NCBI RefSeq assembly: GCF_006345805.1
Contig: NC_043000.1
Location: 18,662,001 to 18,726,000 of the forward strand
DNA from: Octopus sinensis
Lineage: Eukaryota
DNA length: 64,000 nucleotides
Reading direction: 5' to 3'
This document shows positions 51,990 to 63,486 of this stretch, piece by piece. Every line of letters begins with the position of its first letter. The stretch's first letter is position 1. A model generated the notes under the pieces. That model saw only the letters and a program-made list of their open reading frames with translations, was not told the DNA's origin and ran no database searches. A program made the position numbers and the translations under genes.

Positions 51990-52517
51990 AACAACCAACA
52001 AGATGAGGATAAATATATTCGTCAAATGTAAATAATGTAAATAATGTAAATAATGTACATATTTCCTCATCTCTTAAATATAGAACTGCACAAGAGATTT
52101 AATTTTAATTTTATTTTTGAATTAACTGTTCATCATAAGAAATTGGTGAATTTCTAATCTCTTTTCGTGCCACTCACATTAATTTTTTCTATAATTCATT
52201 TTTTTTTTGAAATTTTAGCTTTTGTAGAAGAATATCTTAAGTCGTTTCTTTTTTTCTTAAAAATAAAAAAAAAACTCTCTTATTTAAAATAAAGTATACA
52301 ATAACAGCTACCAAGTTGCCATTACAATACGGGAAACACATTCATATTCGATATATCTTTACTTCCATTTGCATATATACTTGCTTTCATAATTCATTCT
52401 CTCATAAATGCGCGAACAAAACATGTTTACTTCAAAAATAGTAGCGCACGCTAACTTTAGCTGTATGATACTAGAAGGGGAACAAATACTGGGGCATATA
52501 CATACATACATATATAC

Positions 52518-52598
<81 letters not shown>

Positions 52599-52695
52599 AT
52601 CCAAACAGGAAAACACAAAGAGAAAACACAACAGCGCGAGGACGTGGAACAAATATAGTATTATTGGACGCTCAGGAAGGAAGGGAAGACGAAGG

Positions 52696-52730
52696 GTTTA
52701 ACGTTTCGAGCGGAGCTCTTCGTCAGAAAC
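52696..52730 (-). ncRNA. Minimal type I hammerhead motif in a ~220-bp element between (AT)n arrays
   Basis: gttt-CTGACGA-a-gagc-tcc-gctc-GAAA-cg-TT-aaac; all stems pair. Confidence 0.72.
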
Positions 52731-53367
52731 ATAGGAAAAGGAAAGATCCAAAGAAGGATAGACGGAGGGAAAAAATCGCCAACGGTACACACGCGGTCAC
52801 ATTTTGAATATATATATATATATATATATTTATTTATTTATTTATACACATACATACATACATACATACATACATACATACATACATACATACATACGTA
52901 CATACATACATACATACAAAACCAAAAGAACACAAACGTAGGTAATAGTGATGAAACGAAGCAAAAATAAATAAATGAACTTCTTAATTTCACATAAAGC
53001 TTCTTAAACTCGTACACATATGCAACAAGTTACGTACCCTGGTTAATGATAGCATTTCAGAAATCTACGACCGTAATCACTCGATTATTGTAGATCATAG
53101 TAAGGAACACTGGCCAACAACTAATGAGACACCTGGTGACAATACAACGTAAGCGTCTTCGGAATTACAAGAGTTGATGTAATAGAATCAAATAAGTTCA
53201 TGTCGGATGTTTCAGGGTCATTGATATAACTTGAACTCACCTGCACCACATTGCATTGCAAGTAAACGAACAATATGTACGTGTATCTTATATAAATAAG
53301 TTTTTGTGGCAAATTGCTTTAGACATTGACATTGCTATGTGCCAGCGCAACGGTTGGCAGTCGGATT

Positions 53368-53790
53368 ACTCTCTTTTACTCTCTTTTACTTGTTTCAGTC
53401 ATTTGACTGCGGCCATGCCGGAGCACCGCCTGTAATCGAGCAACTCGACCCCGGGACTTATTACTTTGTAAGCCCAGTACTCTTTTGTCTATCGGTCTCT
53501 TTTGCCGAACCGCTAAGTAACGGGGACATAAACACACCAGCATCGGTTGTCAAGCAATGCTAGGGGGACAAACACAGACACACAAACACAAACACACACA
53601 CGCATATACATATATGTACATATATACGACGGGCTTCTTTCAGTTTCCGTCTACCAAATCCACTCACAAGGCATTGGTCGGCCCGGGCTATAGCAGAAGA
53701 CACTTGCCCAAGGTGCCACGCAGTGGGACTGAACCCGGAACCATGTGGTTGGTAAACAAGCTACTTACCACACAGCCACTCCTGCGCCTA
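53368..53790 (-). mobile_element. SINE-B
   Basis: Family consensus match. Confidence 0.9.
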
Positions 53791-53984
53791 TGAATATACC
53801 TTGCTTATCTAGTCGTCGGTAATCGGCAGTTCTAGCCGAGTGTAATGAAATATAACAAAACAGAGAACAGAGAATTTATAGCAAGGTGTCTTATAAGTAA
53901 GAAAACACAATACGTTGAACTATTATTTAGAGATCTGATCGACTTATGAAACATATTGTATTATTTAACTACCAGATGTTACTA

Positions 53985-54496
53985 CCGTAAATCCTCGAGT
54001 ATAGTTCGCCCTTGAGTATAATATGCAGGGGATTTTTAGGGGGCTGTACCTCTGAAAAACCTGAACTTTGTGTATAATACACTCCCCTTCTCTAACTTGA
54101 GTCAAGGAGGTCTATATACCGTTCTTGGTTTGTAAAAATGTATACGGTAACGTCCTTTATTATTATTGTACATATAACATAATGCAAACGTGTTGCTTTT
54201 TTGTGCATTTTGTTTGCAGAAAATAAAGAAATAACAGTAATAACGTTTAATAAATGTTGCTTACTGCAAGTTATGGATGATTCTTTTATGACTTCATTGC
54301 TTTCAGGCTTAGCTTAAGGTATTTTCGCACCTGACATCACAAAATACTTCTGAATAAACATTGCCGGACAACAAACTGAGACTCGGACATTGCTTAGAAA
54401 ATATTTTTCATTTTTAACCTCGTGTATAATACGCACTAGGGATTTTGACCTTTGAATTTTGGGAAAAAAATGCGGATTATACTCGAAGATTTACGT
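53985..54496. mobile_element. Tc1/mariner-superfamily MITE
   Basis: TA flanks; TIR ccgtaaatcctcgagtatagttcgc vs gcggattatactcgaagatttacgt. Confidence 0.75.
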
Positions 54497-54631
54497 TACA
54501 CAAAGACATTGGTGGACAGACATTAGTGTAAATAAGTTTCCCTAGTATCACATATATGACAGCTAAAACGGGTCTAAGGCAACAAAATTCAACATATGGG
54601 AGCGTTGTTTTTGTGGGTTTGTGTATGTATG

Positions 54632-54680
<49 letters not shown>

Positions 54681-54732
54681 CAGTGTATATATGCAGATGT
54701 GTTGTTTGTGTGTGCATATAAAGTTTTATGTG

Positions 54733-54966
54733 TCAGAGATCCAAATAGAGGACTTGAGTAGCAGTCACAGCTCCGCAGAGACTCAGAACGGCCGCCGCCA
54801 CTACCACAGCTGCTGTAGTTCCGCTTACATGGATTATGCCGCCCATACAGGAGGACAGTAGAAATTGCGCCACGAACACCATGCTGCTGACCAGTGCAAC
54901 ATCGGTGCCCAGACCTCGAACTTGCTTGGAATTGTCTGTAAGAATCTTCTGGTCCGGTTCTGTGAA
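54733..54966 (-). CDS. Terminal exon of an SLC45-family (MATP/Slc45-1/lovit-like) MFS sugar-proton transporter
   Basis: Branch point and acceptor ctaactacttttcag|, phase 0, 77 aa plus TGA: FTEPDQK...VRGLGTDVALVSSMVFVAQFLLSSCMGGIIHVSGTTAAVVVAAAVLSLCGAVTATQVLYLDL*; RG.GTD motif plus last two TM helices; paralogue not assignable. Confidence 0.88.
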   Translation of the reverse strand, partial: FTEPDQKILTDNSKQVRGLGTDVALVSSMVFVAQFLLSSCMGGIIHVSGTTAAVVVAAAVLSLCGAVTATQVLYLDL

Positions 54967-55078
54967 CTGAAAAGTAGTTAGATAGAAATATATATATATA
55001 GATATTATATATGTCGAAAAAGAGAGAATTAATGATATATCAACATTAAATAATGAAACATATATAAAATTATTTAGG

Positions 55079-55459
55079 GGAAGCACTCCGTCGGTTACGA
55101 CGACGAGGGTTCCGGTTGATCCGAATCAACGGAACAGCCTGCTCGTGAAATTAGCGTGTAAGTGGCTGGGCACTCCACAGACACGTGTACCCTTAACGTA
55201 GTTCTCGGGGATATTCAGCGTGACACAGAGAGTGACAAGGCCGGCCCCTTGAAATACAGGTACAACAGAAACAGGAAGTAAGAGTGAGAGAAAGTTGTGG
55301 TGAAAGAGTACAGCAGGGATCACCACCATCCCTGCCGGAGCCTTGTGGAGCTTTAGGTGTTTTCGCTCAATAAACACTCACAACAACCGGTCTGGGAATC
55401 GAAACCGCGATCCTATGACCGCGAGTCCGCTGCCCTAACCACTGGGCCATTGCGCCTCC
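55079..55459 (-). mobile_element. SINE-A, tail type 1
   Basis: Family consensus match. Confidence 0.9.
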
Positions 55460-55566
55460 ACATAAAATTACTACACATGCACTCAAACACGTATATTACA
55501 ATAGACCTATACTACAACAAGAATACAAGAGTGCATATCGCACCAAAAGTCAATACTAGAATTTCT

Positions 55567-56461
55567 TATTTCTTACTGTCCACAAGGGGCTACACACAAA
55601 GGGGACAAACAAGGAGGAACAAACAGATTAAGTCGATTATATCGACCCCAGTGCGTAACTGGTACTTATTTAATCGACCCCGAAAGGATGAAAGGCAAAG
55701 TTGACCTCGGCGGAATTTGAACTCAGAACGTAACGGCAGACGAAATACCTATTTCTTTACTACCCACAAGGGGCTAAATACAGAGAGGACAAACAAGGAC
55801 AGACAAACAGATTAAGTCGATTATATCGACCCCAGTGCGTAACTGGTACTTATTTAATCGACCCCGAAAGGATGAAAGGCAAAGTTGACCTCGGCGGAAT
55901 TTGAACTCAGAACGTAACGGCAGACGAAATACCTATTTCTTTACTACCCACAAGGGGCTAAACACAGAGAGGACAAACAAGGACAGACAAACGGATGAAG
56001 TCGATTATATCGACCCCAGTGCCTGCGTAACTAGTACTTATTTAATCAACCCCGAAAGGATGAAAGGTAAAGTCGGCCTCGGCGAAATTTGAACTCAGAA
56101 CGTAGCGGCAGACGAAATATCGCTAAGCATTTCGCCTGGCGTGCTAATGATTCTGCCAGCTCGTCGCCTTAAGCAAAGTCGACCTCAGCAGAATTTGAAC
56201 TCAGAACGTAGAGACACTACGAAATACCTATTTCTTTATTACCCACAAGGGGCTAAACACAGAGGGGACAAGCAAGGACAGACAAACAGATTAAGTCGAT
56301 TATATCGACCCCAGTGCGCAACTGCTACTTATTTAATCGACCCCGAAAGGATGAAAGGCAAAGTCGACCTCGGCGGAATTTGAACTCAGAATGTAGCAGC
56401 AGACGCAATACCGCTAAGCATTTCGCCCGGGGTGCTAACGTTTCTGCCAGCTCGCTGCCTT
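55567..56461 (-). mobile_element. SINE-C concatemer (two heads, four full body units and one partial)
   Basis: 14-bp TSD atactagaatttct (55553-66, 56467-80) around the whole array. Confidence 0.88.
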
Positions 56462-56557
56462 GCTAGATACTAGAATTTCTCTCCTGGTAACTGCCGCAGC
56501 ATAGCTTGTTCTAACAGAACATCCACGTTTAAGTGAGAATATATATCAATCACACAC

Positions 56558-56597
<40 letters not shown>

Positions 56598-56703
56598 CAC
56601 ACATGCACGCACCTCTCACATATATAAACACGCACATATATGATTCTTTATACATAAATACATAAATACATAATACACAAACATATATAAGTTTCTGTGT
56701 GTG

Positions 56704-56769
<66 letters not shown>

Positions 56770-57612
56770 ATAATCCACATGAGGAAGTATTCTCATATGA
56801 ACACATTCAAATATTCAACAAACATACGAGTGTTATCGTGTGTCAATGTAATTTTATTTATATGGCTTTTCCAAGGCAATAGAAGACTCTAAAAGATCGT
56901 ATTTCCTCTCACGCATGTGTTTATATTTAGCACACTAATATAGACACCTATGTTACAAGAAGCATTTAAATGTAGCGCTGTCTATATTCAAATGACACTG
57001 ATTACATGTATACGATTTCAAAAGTAAAGGTATACCTTTTAGATAAATTTTTAGCTTAAACTCACTATGAAAAAAATCAAAGGAAGTGTTTTTATCGTTA
57101 GCGTCCTCTTTCTGTGGGCAGCTAGTGACCAAGCTGACACGCTATCAACCCAGTTAGGCTAAAATCAGAAAAAAAAATATATGCTAATCTTCAGAAAATA
57201 GGGAGATTTTTATCATTTGCTATGCATAGAATATTCAAACTCGGATTGAGCTAAACTAGATGGTCTAACTCGCTTGCACTGTTAACAAATATTGATTTAT
57301 AAATTAATAATGCATTGCATACCGTCTTCGTATAATTTGTATTATAAAGTGCATACGTGTTTATCTGACCATTTTAATTCCGTCCCAATTGATATGCATT
57401 AAAAATAGCTATTATTTGTTAATAGCTTTTCTTTCTGGGTGAAGGTCCAACAAGACTAGAAACTAGTCAATTAATTCCTTATGTTGACAAAATAGAGTTG
57501 AAAAATCGGTGTGTTTTTCTCACCGTAAGATTAAATTGTATGATTATTAAAATAGGAAACAATTTTTCAGTACAATAAGAAAGAAGAAAAAAAAACCCTT
57601 GTAGTACATTAT

Positions 57613-57650
<38 letters not shown>

Positions 57651-57749
57651 GTTGAACTCTACCGGATATTACAGGCAAAGAATTGAACGACACATTTGTA
57701 TGAATCTAGCTTCGATGTCACAAATATATCAAAAATAGCTCTATGGAAA

Positions 57750-57914
57750 CTGTAGGGTGTTGGTTTTGTGGGATTGTGTATGTACGGTAGCAGCAGCAGC
57801 AGCAGTAGTAGTAGTAATAGTGCCTATGCGGATGTATGTGCATATAAAGTTTTATTGGTCAGAAAAACCAAAGAGAAGACGTGCGTAACCGTCGCAGTAC
57901 TGCAGAGAAAGAAC
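57750..57914 (-). pseudogene. Decayed duplicate of the SLC45 last codons and proximal 3' UTR
   Basis: Aligns by eye with 54600-54790; reads VL-LCSTATVTHVFSLVF vs VLSLCGAVTATQVLYLDL. Confidence 0.65.
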
Positions 57915-57932
57915 GAAAGAATGAACGAATGA

Positions 57933-58040
<108 letters not shown>

Positions 58041-58106
58041 GTCTGTCTGCCTGTCTGTCTGTGGGTGCACGCGTGTACACGTTTATGATTTTTTGTTTTA
58101 CAAAAA

Positions 58107-58211
58107 TAGTGTTCAGAGTGACTTCGAAGTTTTTGCCTGCTTAGCCTTCATCGAACTATCTAATGAAGGCTAACCAGGCCGAAACTTCAAAGCTACTGTC
58201 AACACTGTCGT

Positions 58212-58306
<95 letters not shown>

Positions 58307-58333
58307 ACGACAGTGTTGACAGTAGCTTTGAAG

Positions 58334-58372
<39 letters not shown>

Positions 58373-58930
58373 TAAAAACGGTAAGATAACAAAAGAAAGA
58401 AAAATACCTCAATATTATGTAAATAGAGGAAATTTATCTGTAAAATAATATGTGACAATTATTCTCTTAAGAGATGGTGTTGTAGATTTCCACCTCGGCA
58501 TCCAAAACTCAGAGTTTTATCTTGGCTATTGAATAATTGTCACATATTATTTTACACATATATGAATATATATATAATACCAAAATGGGACAAGAACGCA
58601 AAACTTCCGGACAGGTGATACAAAAAAGGGATAACAAAACATCCAGACAGACGATACAAAAAAAAACAAAACAATAAGGACGGATCATTCGGAGTTTTCT
58701 TTCCTCAGTCGAGTTCCATGTTATCTTTGCAATTTCGGTTAGTTATACTCGAGATTGCTCCAATCTGGCCTGCCCCAAGGAAAAACTAACCTAAGAGCAC
58801 AGATTCCTTGGAAGAAAGCAGCGAATGTATACGAAAACAAAGACGAAAGAAAATGGAGAAATGGTACACAAATACAAATATCAGGACATTAACAACGGGT
58901 GTCTTTCGACTAAGGACGAATTAGATTAAG
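58107..58930. mobile_element. Scrambled Penelope-pLTR-like fragments with nested inverted repeats among (AT)n
   Basis: Inverted pairs 58183-58215/58305-58335 and 58440-58465/58530-58556; 58640-58790 recurs inverted at 63279-63420; degenerate HHR halves. Confidence 0.45.
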
Positions 58931-60144
58931 CTGGTGTGTGTGGAAGTAAAGCCTTATAGCAGGGACATTAGATTTGACAGACACAGGGAGCAATATGGAT
59001 GTTGCACGGATGGTAATCGAACCAAGAAAGAAAGGGCAGGCCTGGCCAAACACCGGTCACGTGGGGAGAGAAGAGAGAGAGAGAGAGAGAGAGGTAGAGG
59101 CAGAGGGATAGAAGAATTAAGGAGGGGCGAGAAAAGATGAAAGGGACAGAGTGAAGTGAAAGAGGAGGGAAGATGAGCATGAAGAGAAGGCCAGGAAATG
59201 TGAGAGAGTGGGGACGAAAGAACGAAGAGTGAAATGAACAAAGAGAGTGTGAAGGGGCTGATAGAAAGAAGGAAAGAATGAAAGAATAGAAAAAATAATA
59301 GAGTCACACAAAATTTATATATATATATATTCTTTCTATCAGCCCCTTCACACTATATATATATCTTGCTACTCAAGGACTGTAGACTAAAGAGCCATCC
59401 TCATACACCATCCGATGACATCACAAGGCACGACGCGGGTGTGACTGCCAGCGACTTCAAGGGAAGGTACATATAACATATGCATTCGCTTAGATGCAGA
59501 AGAGAGAATTACATCTCTTCGTCTCGTTTCCTAGGATACTTCGTGACCTCCGGAACGAACCCCCTACCCACATTCCTAGCCTGCAGCCTGAAATTGCCAG
59601 CTCTGTCTCCGTGAAAGATTGCATATTCTCTATCAGCCTATTGTATCTAACAAGAGGAAATACGAACCATCTTATTGCTGCCATAAGAGGTACAATCTCC
59701 TGGTGAACTTCAAACCACTAGCCGCCGACGACCCAGATATACCACCTTAACATTGACTGCACCTCAACTCTAGCTAACCAACAATCAAGGACAGGGTTTC
59801 TAACCACCGATACCTACGCAGACCACAGGCTGACCTTTCAACGATATACATCCCTGTAACCCCTCACGTCCGTCTCCACCTAAATGGGCGCGCTCACGCA
59901 CACATACATGTACGTATGCTTTCCTCTCTTCCTTCCTCCTCCTAACACAACCAAGTCATTAACCAATCTAACACCCCGAAACCTCAATCCAAAGCCAAAT
60001 TCCGTCCCCTTCTTCCAGCAGCGCTATTAGAACCATACTAGCATACGTCTGTCATAGAAAATCCACTCTCTCCAAATGTTATTTCTATTTTGATGCATAA
60101 TTATATAGATTTTCCAGATATTGTTTTATGTTGAAGTTTGTATA

Positions 60145-60536
60145 TCTTTATATATAAAAGAGAGGTTGTGTGTCTGTCTCCTACGATTTAGATTCCTAAC
60201 TACTCCCACATTTTGCGGTGCAGTTTAACCAAAACCGGGTATCTTATAGTCGTGATTCATATCGAGCCCTTCTGGGTATTAGCGCGCGTCTACGATGAGT
60301 CTACGATAAAAAAAAATTACCATCATTTTTTCCATTTTAATGCATTTTTTCGCTATTATATAAGGGAAGTAACTCTCTAAAAATGTCTACGATGAGTCAA
60401 CGATTAAAAAAAAATTACCATAATTTTTTTCCCCATTTTTAATGCATTTTTTGCTATTTTTTGGCTATAACTCTCTAAAAATGCTTATATAGTTATTTCC
60501 CTTACAAACCCGAGCAACGCCGGGCGATACTGCTAG
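60145..60536 (+). mobile_element. Non-autonomous Helitron, short subfamily
   Basis: a|tc...cccgagcaacgccgggcgatactgctag|t. Confidence 0.88.
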
Positions 60537-61093
60537 TGATATATATTATAATTCATATGTGTCTGTAATATATACACCTGTATTATAAATATATACATGC
60601 ATATAAGCGTATACGTACATACACACATACACACACATATCTTTAAACACACACAGGTGTGTATGTGTGTATACTGTATAAGATCTAAACTTTGGAACAC
60701 AATGTACTGAGGTTCCAACTGGAAGAGGTAGATATGTAACTAGAAAAACATTCATGTAATTATAATGATATGCACTATTCGCCATGGGATTCTGTTTTTA
60801 ATTTCATGGTTACGTTGTGCTCAAGCAGTAGTTTTAAAACAAAATATTATTCGTTAAATATTAAGTAAATGGAATAAATACGGGCAATAGACTGTTATTT
60901 TCCCTCACAGGCACATATACGTGTATATTCGGACATTCAAAATCAATACTGAACGGCGTATATTGAAAAGATAAAAAAAGAATTCAAGTGAAAAATTACA
61001 ACTTTGATGATGATAAAGATGATTGATAAAACTCTTACTTAGCAAACGATGGTGCGTAACATTGAAAGACATTGCTTTTAACAAGGATTATTG

Positions 61094-61123
<30 letters not shown>

Positions 61124-61124
<1 letters not shown>

Positions 61125-61406
61125 AGTGGCGGAGTGGGTCTAAAAATTTTGGTTGCTAGGAGACTAAGGTGGCCCACCCGCAACTACAATGCTTTCATTT
61201 TTTTTTTGTTAAAAGTATTCTTTTCAACTGTCTACAAACACAACCAGGCTGAAATAATTAATGCATTCTTCCAGGAGTGAATTAAAAAATTCTCAAACTT
61301 GAGAACCGTAAATACTAGCAGCCCCACCCACCATATATGGATTCTAATGGCGCAGGGGCCCACTTGCCATCGGGCAAGCTGACAACCTGGCCAGTCAACC
61401 ACTGTA
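61124..61406. mobile_element. Possible MITE with (C)AGTGG termini
   Basis: tagtggcggagtggg vs ccagtcaaccactg; imperfect. Confidence 0.4.
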
Positions 61407-61699
61407 TACATACATACATACATACATACATACATACATACATACATACATACATACATACATACATACATACATACATACATACATAAATGAAAGAATG
61501 GAGAAACACTCATTATCACTATGGACTCCGTGTGGGCAGTCATCTAAAAATTTTTGTTCGTCATGATGCTGACATAAGTTCCTTGTCTTTCCTGATGGGA
61601 AGGCGGCATAATGCTACCCAGGTATCGGTTAACCGAATTATCCATACTAGGATAATTCATTCAACTACTTAAATATACATACATACATACATACATACA

Positions 61700-62620
61700 T
61701 ACAGCCCCCAAAAGCTGGGCTCTCTTACCTCAGAAAAGACCGGGATGGAAAGCACTCAACATACACACATAAATAAAAAAAAAGACAATGCAGGGGTATG
61801 TTGCCCGGACGCTTGAAGAAGACAGTGGAACTGACACGAAGCGCAGCCTCTCTTCGATACAAGACCACTACATCACATCACACTTTGAAGGCTATGCGTT
61901 TGCAATCCAGGAATAGGAGATTGCCACAAATTCCCTGGTGAACAAGAGAGACAGTGATGCTCTTGTAATCCCAGGTGATTAGCAGCTGTCCTAAAATGTC
62001 GTCACGGTACTACTTCCCTATGCGGCATGATGTTGTCGCTAAAACAATTTACAATGCCATCCGCAAGAAAGACTGCCCTAAAATAAACTTAGAAAGTCCC
62101 TCCGTTATGGAATACATTCATAAACATCAACTCAAGGAATACTGGTGGAATATTCCCATCAAAACTTCTGTCAAATGTAAACATAACAGACCGGATATTG
62201 TCGTTTGGGATAGAGGGGCAAAGATATGTATCGTCATAGAGGTCAGCTGCCCTGTCGATATAAATATCTCTTTGAAAATCAAAGAAAAAGAGGATATCTA
62301 TGGACAACTGCTTCGAAACCTCGAGCTTCTATATCCAGACTATGAATTCATATTCATACCAATAATTGGAGCACTAGGTTTTTTGGTAAATGCTTAAAGG
62401 AGAATCTGGATAAAGTGGGGTTTTCAGAAAGAGAAACTGACCGCATCATTCGTACATTACAAATGCAATCTGTGAGTGGAACAGTAAAAATATGCAAGAC
62501 TTTTCTCAAGTTCCAAATGTGAATTTGTCTGTGTTAACTACATTCCAAAGATGGGACCTTGTATCTTTGTAGGAAACCGCCTCCTCCTCAGTGAGGGTTT
62601 ATAATAATTATAAAATATCC
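61700..62620 (+). mobile_element. R4/Dong-like non-LTR retrotransposon 3' portion (zinc-knuckle remnant plus RLE)
   Basis: SSCPKMSSRYYFPMRHDVVAKTIY, HNRPDIVVWDR, IEVSCPVD, KEKEDIYGQL. Confidence 0.82.
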
Positions 62621-63445
62621 GAAAAAAAAAGCACACTTTAAAATATTAGAACAGTAAATATATTTAGATGGTTGTTGGCTATGGTCGGTCAGAGAGTGAC
62701 CATTGGTTTCGTTTAACTGTGTGGACGATTAGTCGAACACAGCTGGAACCGATGTAAGGGGGATGATCCCGTGTCGCCCGAGACCTTACCAGTCGGGTTT
62801 CATTCTGGATATTTTTGCTTACAAAACTGACCATGACGGTTTCCTCCTCCAGTGGTTGAGAAGTTACGTGTCTCCGGTCATTTAAGCCTGACGACTCGCC
62901 TAAGCGTTTTATAGGTGCAAAACCAATGATCACTTTCTGACTGGCCATAACAAACAGTCTTCTAAACGTATGTATGAAAGTATATACATGCATACACACA
63001 CGCACGCACACATATATATACACGTATAAACAATGTATGTATGTATGTATGTATGTATGTATGTATGTATGTATGTATGTATGTATGTATGTATGTATGT
63101 ATCTATCTATCTATCTAAATGTGTGTGCGTATATATATATATATGTAAGTCAACCATCAATATATATATATATATATTATATATATATATATCACCTTGT
63201 TTTCGTCTCTTGTATTTATATTCGTCTCTGTTGCGTTTACATTCTTTCCTTCTACCAAGAAATCTAATGCCCACAGCTTAGTTTTTTCCTTGGGGCTGGC
63301 CAATTTGGAGCAAATCTCAGAATTAAACAGCCGAAATTTGCCATGATGATTCGGTTTCTGACTGAAGATTGAAGGCTTCGAATGACTTGTCTGTTTTCCG
63401 TGTTCGTCCTTTCGTGTATTTCACATTCCTTATATATAAATTTTT

Positions 63446-63486
<41 letters not shown>

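Larger units (their letters stand above)
51515..52088. mobile_element. Palindromic element E: two outward-facing tRNA-like heads, each arm carrying a hammerhead
   Basis: Centre CATATG-CCCGTGGA-CATATG (51750-51769); arms are reverse complements apart from a B-box deletion in the left arm. Confidence 0.88.

Noticed and set aside
55567-56461. CRISPR-like array
   Set aside because: Units are whole ~178-bp repeats with no unique spacers; eukaryotic SINE multimer.
58670-58715. CTGAGGA...GAAT motif, also CTGAAGA...GAAT at ~63360
   Set aside because: Both homologues have GAAT instead of the required GAAA and lack stem I pairing.
60920-60970. GTYTC Ig-like motif after a strong acceptor
   Set aside because: Frame stops after 16 codons with no convincing donor.
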